Shown here: positions 1 through 13,068 of the stretch, piece after piece | Position numbering within the stretch: the stretch's first letter is position 1 | Layout: every line of letters starts with the position of its first letter | From: Epiperipatus broadwayi | Lineage: Eukaryota > Animalia > Onychophora | Direction of reading: 5' to 3' | Assembly: GCA_028023455.1 (NCBI GenBank) | Contig: JAQFVV010000002.1 | Coordinates: 30,256,001 to 30,320,000, forward strand | DNA length: 64,000 bases | Program-made: the position numbers and the translations under genes | The notes under the pieces: generated by a model | Databases searched by the model: none | What the model saw: only the letters and a program-made list of their open reading frames with translations | Told to the model about the DNA's origin: nothing

Positions 1-260
1 GGTGACACTGATGACAGAGGATCAAACCCTAAATGGATCCCCCTATTCTTTAAGCTTTTGGTGTTTAATATTGAGTGAATTCAATATGATCATCTCCATT
101 CTTGTTTAATTGACTTTGAAATAAATGATTCTAATTAGAGTTTTTAACTTTTCTTATACACTTGTAATTTAGATACGAACACTTGGAAGCGCAAATTAAG
201 AAAAGCTTGAAAATGCCTCGGAAGGGATTCTTACAATTTACTAAGCATGCTTTCAATATC

Positions 261-306
261 GCTATGATTATGATATCACTGTAAGATATTGAAAGCATGC
301 TTAGCA
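261..306 (+). ncRNA. Variant minimal hammerhead motif (A3-U8 core)
   Basis: GCT ATGATTA T GATATC-ACTGTAA-GATATT GAAA GCATGC TT AGCA: stems I/II, GAAA and palindromic stem III present. Confidence 0.7.
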
Positions 307-1934
307 GATTATAAGAATCTTACCAAGAAAATTCGTATACCTCACTTTCCATTAATCCACTTTCTAAGCTTTTCTTAATTCACACTTCCAAGCTCATATC
401 TAAATGATTTAATCATTAATGCCATGTCTTTTATCCGGCTGATATTTTCAATTCATTCCGTATTTCCGTCAATGTTGGCAGGGATAAGCTTATAAACATT
501 GAAGGCTTAAAGAATAGGTGGATCCGCTCTATTCTTGACCCATTGTCAACAGAGTTTTATTTGTTCACAGCCTGAAGGGAAGAGTGGTTTACTCCATTAA
601 ATTATAAAAGTAAAATGTGGTTATTTTATTACAAGAATTAAGGAATTGAAGTGTTGTAGTAAAAGTAATGAAAATATTTAGATTAGGGAATAATAGTGTA
701 AGTTACTGTATATAAAAATGGTTTTTATACAGTTGAGATTTCGATATATACAAATTGGGACCGCATGACACTTTTATATTTATTTGGATTAGGCATTTTT
801 TGCAAAGATTAATTATTAGACGACAATAATAAATAGACTTCTACAATCATTTTCTACTTGGTGAGCTTTCGTATTGAAGGTACTCGCTATAATCGTCATC
901 CATCCAAAGAAATCAAGTGTGGATTCTGAAATCATTGTTGTTCAATATCCATTAATCCATAATACCGCTTAATGATGGAAGCTAAAGACGGAAATCTGTC
1001 GTGTGAATCTAGTAACTAGATAATGAGATCGCTAATGTAATTAATGTTAATCTATTGTAAAATTTAAAAATTTCACCCCTCCGTATATTTAAATTACTGT
1101 AACAAATCATAAATATTATATGTGATCTCTAAGAATTTATAATCAAAAGATCAAGAAACAAAAAGTTATTTTGGGATTGTAATTTGAAACCTTATTTAGT
1201 AGAAGATTTTTTTTTTTTTTTAATAAAAGCAAAACATTTACAAGCAGTTCCCCACCTTTCTTAAGTTGTCCACCTCACAACTTTTAACTCGATTTATGCA
1301 GTGATGTATTAAGATGTGTCTTCTATGAATGATCATAGATTGTTAATGATCATATTTGCAGAGTATTAACACATCGAAATGTTTTATAAATTATACATTG
1401 TTGGAAACATTGTTTTTTAAAGATAATAGTGTCATGCAAGTAACAACATATTGAACTTTGAATGATATGATAATAAGTAAAACTAATTTGATGCTAATAA
1501 GTGACAGTAATATACTTCTTTTCTTCCTTTTTTATTGTTAAAGTTTAAACAGCGTGACCAAAAAGTAAAATTACTTTGCTACTATTGACTGAATATATCC
1601 CCCTCCCCCACCTCTTTTTCTTATAATTAGGCCAAATTATTATCACTTTTGAACAGTGTAAGTAAATGATTAAAATTACTTTTCTTTTAGTAAGTGAAAG
1701 AAAAGTTCTTTTCTCTGTCTTTCATAAGTACTAAAAGAAATTATGAAAATTTGGATAGTTGAATAATTGTTGCTAGTGACTTTTTTTTGCTCCATTTTTA
1801 TACTGCTAAACTGAATTGTTATCCATTTCTGAATGGTATGATGTATTTAGAATGCTGTGACATTTATATGCCAGATATTTTTATGTAAGTACAATTACTT
1901 TCACAACAAATGTTTTTATTCCTTGAATTATATA

Positions 1935-2450
1935 AATCAGGTCTTTTTCGCATGTCTTTGGTCATATGTTTATGATTACATCCTTCCACAAGGTGTTAAA
2001 AGCGGATAGAAACCAGTGTAGTGAAAATTACATTACAGAAATATTATTCATTGTTGGGTAATCTCTAGCCCAATGAATGACTAATAAAAATTATTAATAT
2101 ACTTCCACCAATTGGTTTGTAATAAAGTTGTGAGAGCAGTAATTTTGACACATCAATTAAACTGTAGAAGTTTGCTATCTATATATATATACTGAACAAT
2201 GATAAAGATATGTGTAAGAGATTGAGTGCTGGTTCCACAAAATTGTATCTTGATGATCGTACATCTTTTTCACATGTTTTTGGTCATATATTTATGATTA
2301 TATCCTTACACAAGATTATAAAAAAGGCATAGAAACCAGTTCCTACCTTGCGCGAGAGTGATGTAGTGAAAATTACACGAAGAGAAATATTATTCATTAT
2401 CGGATAATCTCTAGTCTAATGAACGACTAATAAAAATTATTAATTTACAG
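1935..2450 (+). repeat. Diverged family B-like direct repeat (~320-nt period)
   Basis: tctttttc(g/a)catgt..ggtcatat..tagaaaccagt..ataaaaattatta occurs twice; gagtgctggtt remnant at ~2225 resembles the family B HHR. Confidence 0.55.
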
Positions 2451-2852
2451 ATATTCATATATTTATACATGTAGGAACAAAATTGTTAAACAATATGTAA
2501 TGTTGTAATTATAAATTTATTAAACGCACATTGATTACGTAGTAATATTTACTGAGGCTATAACCTCTGGTTAAAACACCTGTAGAGGTCCCTACTATCG
2601 CATTTTGTACGCATATTATCGAGGTTATAGCCTCAGTAAATATTAATATGTAATGTTATGTATTTGAAAGCTTGAAATTTTTATATTTTATATTTTGATG
2701 AAGTATCATTACATTATTTTTATATACTATTAAAAAAAGATAAAGAGGATGACGTATTTTTAATTATTACAGAAATTATTCTATCACATAATATTCAATT
2801 GACCAAACACTTTACTACTTTTACAGTGCTTTATTATCCACCCTTTCCTGCA

Positions 2853-2891
2853 GTTTACAGTTTCTATTGCCTCAGCAATCTTCTTCAGAAC
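2853..2891 (-). ncRNA. Minimal type I hammerhead motif
   Basis: Reverse strand: GTT CTGAAGA A GATTGC-TGAG-GCAATA GAAA CTG TA AAC. Confidence 0.65.
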
Positions 2892-2920
2892 GCTATACAG
2901 TCGAGATTGGGAGATATAGC

Positions 2921-2959
2921 GTTCTGAAGAAGATTGCTGAGGCAATCGAAATTGTAAAC
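2921..2959 (+). ncRNA. Minimal type I hammerhead motif
   Basis: GTT CTGAAGA A GATTGC-TGAG-GCAATC GAAA TTG TA AAC; a third, decayed copy lies at 3053-3091. Confidence 0.72.
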
Positions 2960-4144
2960 TGCAGGAAAAATCAAATTTTAAAAAATAAACTGTTAACAGT
3001 TATTTTTTAAAATTAAAATTTGATTGTAACAGTTGAGATTAGGAGATATAGCATTCTGAAGAAGATTGCTGGGGCAGTCAAAACTGTAAACTGCAGGAAA
3101 GGGTGGAGAATAAAGCATTGTAAAAGTAGTAAAGTGTTTGGTCAATTGAATATTATATGATATACATATGGCAATGCAATAGGAAACAGTGGTTATTATA
3201 CTTCTTGAAGAAGATATAGAAATTATTCTGAGAGAAAGCAAATACTTGAATTGCTATTAATTGCTGAAAACGTTTCTAACATTGACTAGGAAAAGGTTTA
3301 TTCCGTATATTTATTGATTTATAGTAACGGAGCACGTTTTTGGCTAGAGAAGGTCAATTCATAGCATTCGCAAGGTAGCCGGTATACTGCAATATTTATA
3401 GATATGTGTCATATTGAAATTCAATAATAAGTTTGTTGTACTCCGGAAAAAGTAAGGAAAATATATTAGAGAAATATATATTTTTTAGATCGCTAACTGA
3501 TAAGGTTTTAATTAATGATTAAACTTGCTTAGAATATAACAATGGAATTTACCTATTTGTGATAAGAAAATTGTGTTCGGTAAATATCAAGAAATATTTG
3601 CTAATTACAAATTTTTTCTTGATTCAATAGAAGTTGAACTTACTAATTAAAAACGCGAAGAGGGAAACAAGACTGTTAACAATCAAGATGTACCTTGGAT
3701 TACCGCAGGCAAAACTGTGGTGATAAATATAGTGCACTGTTCTTATTCCAGTGATTTTACCAAGTGAACTGTTGGTAAGAGATTTAGCAGACAGTAGTCA
3801 TAAGAAGCTTAAGTGAGGGTGCAGTGCTCCAGTGTGAAATCAGTGTGATTGTGACTAGCATCTGAATGAAGCCAAAAAACTCCGTTAGTTTGAGCAATGG
3901 AGCCAAAGTGTTTTGGAAACTGAGGCCAAGGGAAACCATCCAGCAAGCTGTATGTGTGTCATGGAAATTAACCACAAGTGAACTATATATACTGTGTTGG
4001 AGTGTAACAATAACTATTCACTATTAATAACATTTCATTATTATTTCAGTTCGTATCTAAATTTATTATTTATTGTTTTATTTTTTGGGATTCTGAGTGC
4101 CTGCATTCGAATACACAACAATATTGTATAAACCTTTTCCCTAG

Positions 4145-4185
4145 AGCAACATTAGAAACATTTTCGGCAACTAATTACAAACAAG
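4145..4185 (+). CDS. Candidate internal exon (ATLETFSATNYKQ), probably kanadaptin
   Basis: Strong acceptor ccttttccctag and donor CAAG|gtaag; open, and its phase-1 end chains into the 4984 exon. No recognisable homology. Confidence 0.45.
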
Positions 4186-4983
4186 GTAAGAAAAAGGATA
4201 ACTTCGAGTAATGACTTATTCTTGTAAAGTTCTACTAAATTTTTGTATTACAAATAAAGTTTTATTTTATTATAGTGTCACAGTTATGAGATTTCTGTTA
4301 TTAAAAAAACAAAGTATTTACTACAGCACTATAGATTATAACGGCTGCAATCCTTATGTTTCTATAACAAATACTGGATGATATTTGAACTTTGAACAGT
4401 TTTAAATTGAGACTTATTCCATCCATTTTGCTTATTTGTTCAATATTGTTTAATATCTAATATTCATTATTTGAAGGTTTTTTTGATCTATGTCATTTAA
4501 ATCTAAAGCATAGAATCTTTTGAAAAAAAATCAAATAAGATTTCTATACAGAGACTATAATGAAGAAGACGTAATGGATATTTCATTTAATGAGAATTAG
4601 CAGTTAATTAATAAGCAAACTAGTGTGTGTGTGTTGTTACAATTCTCCTATTTATATATTTATTTTAAAAAACAAATAGAGCTTTTATTTGTAGAACTTA
4701 CTTTTGTAATTTGTTTGGGAATTATTTTATATATATATATTCGTAATCAGTTTTTAACCTTTTCACTTTGTCTTTAACATCAAAATTGTATATTGTTCAT
4801 TTATAATTAAAATTCATAAGTTGAAGCAATAATAGATTTATTTTAAAATAATCCCTATAATGTAAATCCAGTAGGATTTTTTTTCGAATATATATGTTAT
4901 TTATTGTCGTTTGTGTACATTCAAAGAAATAAACTTCTATTTAAATCCTGACAAATATATATATTGTATATATTACCTGATAG

Positions 4984-5061
4984 ATGATTTTAACGCTGAA
5001 GGTCCTGATCAGTCATCTGAAATACCGTCTTATTTTTTGGAGAATGAAGCTCAACAGACTG
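4984..5061 (+). CDS. Candidate internal exon (DDFNAEGPDQSSEIPSYFLENEAQQT), probably kanadaptin acidic linker
   Basis: ag/gtaagt borders, 78 nt open, phase 1-1 compatible with the 13709 exon; acidic composition fits the divergent pre-C-terminal region. Confidence 0.55.
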
Positions 5062-5290
5062 GTAAGTAAATCTTTTTTTTATTTTTATTAATTGCTTAAA
5101 ACTGTAATTTTCATGACTTAATACGCATGCTTAATTAGTATGTCCTTAGGAGGAAATCAGTTTAAGAAGCAGATATTTTATTATTTAAGTAAAAATGGAA
5201 ATGAAATTTTAATTGATTAATTATGAAGTATTAAAGTTGACGCACGATCTTTAATATTTTTTTAAAACTTAATTTATGGTTAAAGTATAA

Positions 5291-7543
5291 GTTTTCTCAT
5301 CCCTGGTGTTTGCCGCGGGATGGCGTTGATGCTAATCAAAAATATATACATATAACGATTCCGGGGCCGGACCTTGATTTGATATAAAAAGATCTGATTT
5401 ATTAGATTTGTAATAAAATATTCTAGTAACTAATACTATTGTATGATGTTAGTCTTTCATTTTTGTAAATGTTTATTAATATTATATTGTTTTTTTAGTT
5501 TGTGTGTGTGTCTTTAAAGTTACGGTGTTTTTTTCTACTTTTTTTTTTGTCTTTATATGTCTTTTTAAAGTTACGGTATTTTTTTCAAGAGTAAATCACT
5601 CATTTTATTAAAAAGCAATACGTAATAAGTAAATGTTGATTAATCTTATATTGTTTTTTGAGTTTGTGTGTTTCTGTCTTTAAAGTTACGGTGTTTTTCT
5701 AATTTTTTTTTTGACTTTAGGTGTGTCTTTTTAAAGTTACGGTATTTTTTGTCAGGAGTCAATCAATCATTTTATTAAAAAGCAATACGTAATTCTAAAT
5801 CTATAAAAAGTAATGTAATTTAGACAACATTTCCTATTATGATTTTGTGTGTGTTTTAATGATACACATACATCACTACAAATGGAAAATAATTCACGGC
5901 AACAACTCAAAAGGAAAATAAACCCTCCCAAATATTTAATTAAAGGATTCTATGTTAAGTTTGAAGACTAACAAATAATCTTCGAATTTGGGGGAAGTAT
6001 TGTTATGTAGGTGTATAATTAAAATACACACAAAATAATAATAATAAATGTTGTAAATGGGGATTTAATATTGAATCGTATGTACGTGTATCAATTGTCA
6101 CACATACATACGCAAGTTATATATATATATATACGTGAAGATAAAAAAAAAAAAATACTTCATTAATTTAAAATCATCTTAGACTTTAATAGCTGTATTA
6201 TTTTGTAAAACAGCAAAAAAAAACAAAAAACAAATCCTTTGAGATAGGAAGGTTAATTAACCAAAGAACTTTGCAGATCAACAAGATGAATAATTAATTA
6301 AAATAGTAATGGGGCTGAAAAAAGGAATAATCAATCAAAGTAAAAGGTAAGTCTAAATCTGCTTCTGCAAGTAAACTGGGAGGGATTGATCCGACCATGA
6401 CGGACAAGATTTGACCAATCAAATCCAGAAATATTCAGAACTGGCGAAATGAGTGCAAGTGTAAAGCATCGGCAAACTGGTAGTTCTACCCGATACAGAT
6501 GAACTGTGAAAGGCGCTGAACGTCGCTCATTTAGCACTGTAGTGGACTGCTGGCCTCCGAACGTCCAAGAGTCAGCATAATAGGGGCTATAAAGTAGGTC
6601 GCATAGATCTTTATTCTTCTTTTTTCATACCTTCGGGTTTTGTTGATCTAAATGTATAATTATTGTTTTTATGTATTCGTGTAAATATGTAGATATTAGT
6701 GTATTGTAATTAAATCTGCTTTTCTTATTCTACCGGCGTTAGTCTCAGGGATTAGGATTCTTGTATGCATATATAGGCAGGGCAAGGTTGGCTTACTGCA
6801 TAGATTGTTCGCCAGCGAGTATTATATAGAACTGGCGGACATAACAGATCTTTATTAGCATGAATTCGCATTTCCTCACCACAAAGACACTTTTTCTGTT
6901 TCAACAGGATATTTTTATTTTTGCAAATGCGCCATAGCGCTGCCTTCAGTTGATGGCAATTGCCACGGCGGCCATCTTACTTGTTATTGAACAAATTCTT
7001 ATGACATTATTTTGTCACATGATTGTCAAATATAATGCTGGCATGTACTCTTTCAAATAACTTTTTGAGGGTTACACATTCCTCATGGAAGCTTCACGTC
7101 ATTATTAATAAACTTACAACACTAAAGTAAGTTACATCACATTAAAAAAAAAATATGTCTAATCAAATTTTAAAAAACTACGACTGGCTCAAATACACAC
7201 ACTCTCACACCAAACTACAGAGATAATAGATATTCGAAGATTACGAGAAAATGAATAACAAAATCAACTACGGCAGCCAATAAAGGCATTTCTCTTTGCT
7301 TTTAGCATAGAAAAAAAAACCATAACCGGCAGCCGTCGTCGGGAACTCTTTCTGTGTTTTATCATAGAAAGAAGTCTCTTTGTGTTGGCTTCTGTTGCCG
7401 CCCAACATAACATGAGAACTTTTCTGCATTTATAGCATAGAAAATTTCCTCGTTTGTTGGGTGAATGTTGGTGAAACGGTATATTTCTAGGAATTTACCT
7501 AGAAATAGCGACATCTCGAGGCGAACATCAGGGATGAGAAAAC
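5291..7543. mobile_element. ~2.25-kb TIR-bounded element, superfamily unassigned
   Basis: GTTTTCTCATCCCTG-starting TIRs, 30/35 matches by eye; internal ~165-nt tandem duplication 5466-5791; no clear TSD. Confidence 0.7.
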
Positions 7544-7807
7544 AACCAAAACTTTTAATAAGAGTATTTCTCCTTTTTTTCTATTTTACTGCCATCTATT
7601 ATAAGTTTGAATAATCAGTAATAGCAGTGTCACCATGTGGATAAGAAGCTGTTTTGTGCAAGTTAAATTCCATTGCTCCAGACCCATGAAATAAAATTTG
7701 TGAAATTAAACAAAATAAATTGTATAAAATTTTGTTTAACAAAAGATCCAGAAATAATAGAATATTAAAAAAATTATCATTATTTATCCTTTTATCTTTT
7801 TGCAAAT

Positions 7808-8170
7808 AAATCAAGTCATATATCACGTGACTTAATTTAAATAAGTTTGTATTACAAATGTTATATAATGAGTGTATCAATAGCTCTTAACAAGCTTTTC
7901 AGAATATCCCTATCTTCATACCGGTTTCTAGCTTTGGCTTTCGTCAGTGAGATGCTAGGACATTCAGGTATTACATTTAAAGTACTACATCAAACCCAGC
8001 ACTTTATCTAATGTTTAACTATTAAGTAGAAAATCTGAAATTTAACGAAAGCCAAAGCTAGAAACCGGTCTGAGGATAAGGATATTTTGAAATGCTTGTT
8101 AAGAGCTATTGGCATACTCATTGTAATTTGTAATATAAGCTAAGTCACATGATATATGACTTGATTTTTT
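7808..8170. mobile_element. Family C head-to-head inverted insertion with HHR
   Basis: Arms 7808-7945 and 8043-8170 are reverse complements (aatagctcttaacaagc..). Confidence 0.8.
7912..7953 (-). ncRNA. Minimal hammerhead motif, family C
   Basis: Reverse strand: ATCTCA CTGACGA A AGC-CAAA-GCT A GAAA CCGG TA TGAAGAT; stem III palindrome ACCGGT. Confidence 0.7.
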
Positions 8171-8403
8171 TGCAATTAGTATTATTGCTCTTTAGTCTTG
8201 GGCGATTTTATATTGCTAAAGCTATTAATATATGGTATCTGAACTTAGTTCAGTCCCATATGGCTATTTAAGTTAAATAGCTGAATTTGAAGACATATGG
8301 GTTTTTCGTTTGTTACTTCGTATATTTTTTTTTTTTACAATAATTAGATAACATAGGTATTCTTTGAACAGTTTGTTCTAATTCTGTTCATTAAAATGGT
8401 TAC

Positions 8404-8940
8404 AAATTCTCTATACAGTAGTACCACCCAATGCATGCCATAGTAATCACTGAATGCAAGAAGGCTTGTGCATAAAATACCTATCTAGTGGCTTTCATCA
8501 GTGAGGAACCTGGGATCTGACAGCACTGTACCTAGATCTTAGGATCTAATGCAAGCCTCCAACTGCCACCTTTTCCTTTTTAGTTAATTATAAACGAATC
8601 CAAAATGAAAACAGATATTTTCATTACAAGCTCATTTACTTGAATAATAATATAGACCTAAACTGTTTTAGTATCTATACATTTTAGGGTCTTTGGTCCT
8701 TTAATAAAGTCACTGTCATCCCATGTGCAGGAATGGTATTAAATCATTACGTATCACATGATCACCATTTCCTATTAAAGAAGCAAAGATACCAAAATGT
8801 ATAGATATTGAACAAGAGTACATGACTGTTCATTTTGGATTCTTAGTTTTATAGATGAGTAGGTACTAGGTAAGGATTTTATGGACAAACATTTGCATCC
8901 ATTGATTATTATGACTTGTACTAGGTGGGACTAACTTTTG
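8404..8940. mobile_element. Family A element (decayed, HHR partly deleted) with inverted right arm
   Basis: Shares ctatacagtagt..ccacc..gtaatca..atgcaagaaggcttgtgcataaaat and the rest of the unit; inverted segment from ~8775. Confidence 0.8.
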
Positions 8941-8949
8941 TTTTTGTTA

Positions 8950-10265
8950 TAGTTGGGAGAAATGGAGAGAGCAATAGAAAGACGAAGAGGGGTAGAGATA
9001 CCATTAATGTGTGGCAAGGGAGTATATATATTATCGGGTCTTTTATTTGCTGATATCTTCTTGAGCATGGAAAGTAGGAAAGATATGGAAGTTATGCTGA
9101 AGACATGTGCAAGAGTGAGTAAAGAGATTAAATGTGGTGAATAGGTATAATTTTTTGGGAGTCATTTTAAGTAATCAGAAATTGCTTGGATGAATGGGAG
9201 AAAAAATTGATAAATGAAGCAAAGAAAAGAAAGGAACTGATAAAGAAATTAATAGTTTTCATATAATAAATATGATGTAGCTAGAATTGTATGGAAGGAA
9301 GTGGCAGTAGTAGAATTAACATATGGTAATGTTGCATTATGTATTAATAAAAGGTCTTAGATTACTTTAAAAAAAAAATACAAAGAAAAGTAAGAAGAAA
9401 TGTATTAGATGCAGATGTGTGGATGGCAAAGGAGATAATTCAGGGAGAAATGGATGGTCAAGATTTTATATGAGAGATGCAAAAAGCAAAATGAAAATGA
9501 ATAATGGGAGAATAGCCAAAATAGTATTTAATTGGATTGTGAATAAAGGACAGGCAACAAGATGGGTGAGGAAGGTAGTACAGTATGCAGAAGATTTAGA
9601 TAAAGAATTTATGTCAGTATACTTATACAAAAGCTGGGATTATAGTGTTAGGAGGATTGTTGAGTGTTATAGTGGCAAAGAATGGTATAGAAGAACTGAT
9701 GCATTAATAAAAAATTGCGAGTTGGAGAGGTGGAAAACTAGTATGGAGAGTAAAAAGAGTTTAAGTATATATAGAAGTAAACAGAATATTGGATGTGAGT
9801 TAATTTACAATAATAGTAAGAAAAGTAGTTTACTGTTTAAAGCTCAAACAGGATCGTTAGCAACAGGAGAATAATATACATAAATGGAGAAATACAAGTT
9901 GTATAAGGAAGGCATGGAAAATATTAGGTATCTTTTAATTTAAATGTAAATGCTTACAAACAGAATACAAATAATGAAGTTATGGAAAATAAATATGAAC
10001 AAAGTGATTATACAGATAAGTTTTTGGTTTTTACTCTAGGTTTGGAAAAATATAAGGGGGATCTAGATATAAAGACCATAGAGCGGACAAAGATGATGGT
10101 GTGGAAATGGGGTAGAGCAGGATAGAGAAGAATATGGGAAAAACTTGGGGTGGGGAATGGAAAGGGAAGGTAAGATGGCTAACAGGTTTCTCTGGGCATA
10201 GTGGCTGAAAGATTCCTGACTTTGATAAAGGAGAAGCCATAGCATATCACATTACTGTTTTAATA
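8950..10265 (+). mobile_element. LINE 3' fragment (ORF2 C-terminus, clade uncertain)
   Basis: GWSRFYMRDAKSK..WKTSMESKKSLSIY..IYNNSKKSSLLFKAQTG; upstream LSGLLFADI RT motif; homologous to 41790-42725. Confidence 0.8.
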
Positions 10266-11299
10266 GATTGTGTAAGCATAGGAAATAGTGATAATGTGAT
10301 GAATTTTTTTTATATTTTTGTCTTGTTGATTGGTTTAATATTGGAAGCATTTTTCGCTACATTATTAGCATATTTAACAAAATTAATGTATTGCGAAATG
10401 TGATGTCATATCCAGAGACCACATGACTAAAATGCTGCTTCATATTTGAGCTGATTTATGCAATTAATATCTTTCAAAAGGTCTTCACATTTCATCAAAA
10501 ATGTATTTATTTGAAACATTCAGTAATGTTAATAATAGAATTTAAAATAATTAATATTCGGCAATTAACAATTTTGTAATTTAATGTTTGATTTGGTAAC
10601 GGTAAAATTTTATCATATTTTTCGTACTGTAAAGTCAAACTATTTATCCAACTCTGAACAATGTGTATGATAAAGAGGTAGGTAGATGTTCTGGAATGAT
10701 TTGGGAAAAAATATTATAATAAGTTTATAGAAATAATATTTAAAATGTTTACAAAATATTTATAAAAGTTTGGACAATTTAATTAAGACTTGTTTCATAA
10801 AACTTAGTCATTGGATTTCGCTTTATACGCATTGGCTCAACAACTGAAAACAAAATGTGGAACTGTTGAATCGACAATTTATTGGAAATAAAGGATGGGG
10901 GTTCTATATGTGGAACTTAGATGGTGCTGTGATTCGATACTTCTTATATGAAGGAGTGGCTCCTGGTTATAAGGTTTATGGATCATATTCTTTTCTCATC
11001 CCACCACAAATTGCCATGTATATGATAATTGAATAATTTCGTTTTTTTTAAAAAAATAATTTATTAAATTTTTTTATTTTTTTCCTCCTGTTCGCAGAAT
11101 AACTTATTAAGTAATAAAGCATCCTATAATGTAGAATCAGTTTTTGTATAGTTAACCCCCCCCTCCCCTCAATCATTTGCATTTTGTATTCTTTCTTTTT
11201 TTTTAAGTTTCCTGAAAACTCGACAAAGTTTCACCTTTTTCTAATCAAACAAATATAGATATTAATAAAGGTTATTATTATATGTTGAATTATTTCCAT

Positions 11300-11780
11300 C
11301 CTCTGTAAGATTTATTGTTAAATGTCTTTAGAAAAATTCAAACTTTATTTAAACGTTTGAAATCCATTCAAGTGGTAATAATAGCACACAGGTAAGTATA
11401 TTCTACAACGTTTCAAGTGGTATTAATATCCTTCTTCAGACATTGCTGGCCTGATTCATGATAGCATTAGCATAAGATTCAAACCTAAGTCCATTAGATT
11501 TTTGAATACTAAATTTAAGGTGACACTCTTAACAACTAGGTTATTCTGAAGTTGGCCAGAGCGTCACTTCACATTCATCATTCAGGAATCAAAAAATCCC
11601 AGGTTCAATTCCCATGATAGTAATGTCTCTGGTAAGGCCAGCAATACCGGAAGAAGAGAGACAAATAATATCACTCCTAATATCGCATTATATATTAACC
11701 TGTGTTATTGCTAAACAGGTGAATATTTGTAAAGTTTAAATAAAGTTGGAATTTTTCTAAAGACATTTAATTTTAAATGA
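11300..11780. mobile_element. Head-to-head pair of tRNA-headed, HHR-tailed SINE-like elements (family S)
   Basis: Minus copy 11300-11545, plus copy 11550-11780 with B-box-like GGTTCAATTCC; shared ggccagcaat..gaagaag and aaataaagtt..ttttcta tail. Confidence 0.7.
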
Positions 11781-11929
11781 TGAAAATAATCTAACATATA
11801 ATTACAATTAAAATGTCATCACAGACTTTTAAGCTCTAAACAATATTAAGTGTATTTTTTTTTTTACACTTTTATATTTTTTAGTTTTATATTTTTCAGG
11901 ACAGTATCATAATCTTTTTTTTTCTGAAG

Positions 11930-12480
11930 ATTTGTAATGATGGTATATTATAAGATGTGATATGTTGGACTATTTCCATCATTTATGAGTGAATGTTGAA
12001 TGTATAGAAAATTTTAAACTTTATTTAAACTTTCCAAATACAAACAACTTGTTAGTAATAACACACAAATAGACAATACAGGTTAGTAATTACATAACAT
12101 TTCGAGTAGTAGTAGTCTCCGCTCTTCTTCAGGTGTTGATGGCCTATATGCACAGTGACAATATTCGCTTAGAAGTTGAACTCGCACCTTTAGATTCTTG
12201 AAATATCGAATTTAAGGCGAATGTTCTACCAACTGAGCTATTCTGTCAAAGGCAACGTATAGTAGAAATTTGATATATTTATATATGAGGGTTGGTTCAA
12301 ATCCTCCAGAGTCCTTCAATTTTTTTTTTTTTTTTGTGTAATTACTAACCTCTATTGTCTACTTGTGTGTTATTACTAACAAGTTGTTTGTATTTGGAAA
12401 GTTTAAAATTTTCTATACTTTCAACATTCACTCATAAATGATGGAAATAGTCCAACATATCACATCTTATAGTATCATAA
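11930..12480. mobile_element. Family S element (minus, 11930-12246) with an inverted copy of its tail (12335-12480)
   Basis: A box TAGCTCAGTTGGTAGAAC (12240-12223), B box GAGTTCAACTT (12183-12173), HHR-like motif 12092-12136. Confidence 0.78.
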
Positions 12481-12842
12481 TCAGTCTCGTAATTTAATTC
12501 TGTTTTTTTTTTCCCACGTTCTCTCTAAAATAATCTTCAGTGACATTAAAACGTGTTTCTATTTCTTTTTTATACTGATTACAAATTTTTTCTTCAATGT
12601 TTTTATCATTCAAGATTTCTCATACTGGGCAGATTTCTTTTTATATTTTGGTTTTGATTACATATGAGAAGACATGAGATTTATGTTAATATATAAGAAC
12701 TGTTTGAATTATACATTCAGAAAGTCCCTTCCTTTTTTTTAATATTTTTCGTCATCTGACCAAAAAGATTTAATGAAATTTTTTTACATAAATATTGTTT
12801 GATCATGGTAGTTCTTTTAATAATTATTTTAATACAAATCTA

Positions 12843-13068
12843 TGGTATTTATATATTAGATCTGCTGCACGTATTTGCGATGGCTGAATGGCGAACCTTT
12901 CTCCAATGGGGGAAGAGAGGGTGTTTGCAATGGCAGAAAGTAATAGTTGTGACTTTTTAAATACGGCATTCTATTGTTGCAACACCCACTCCACTGGACA
13001 CCTCACCGGAGAACAGTGCGATATTCTGCTTTTGCAAACATTGGCAGCAGATCTAATACGTTAAGTAC
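12843..13068. mobile_element. MITE-like fold-back (second copy ~30030-30165)
   Basis: tattagatctgctgc / gcagcagatctaata inverted ends; related sequence at 30040. Confidence 0.6.

Noticed and set aside
1-60. CTGATGA at position 8
   Set aside because: No stem II/GAAA/stem III arrangement follows.
760-1010. PLE GIY-YIG tail on the minus strand
   Set aside because: Only faint motif similarity across several frameshifts; similar weak PLE-RT traces at ~16300-16620, 23600-23760 and 30380-30560 were also left uncalled.
3650-4000. Additional kanadaptin exon
   Set aside because: No convincing open frame bounded by splice sites.
6330-6600. Gene in the GC-richer block
   Set aside because: Stops in the plus frames read, no recognisable homology in the short minus ORF, no consistent splice sites; lies inside the TIR element.
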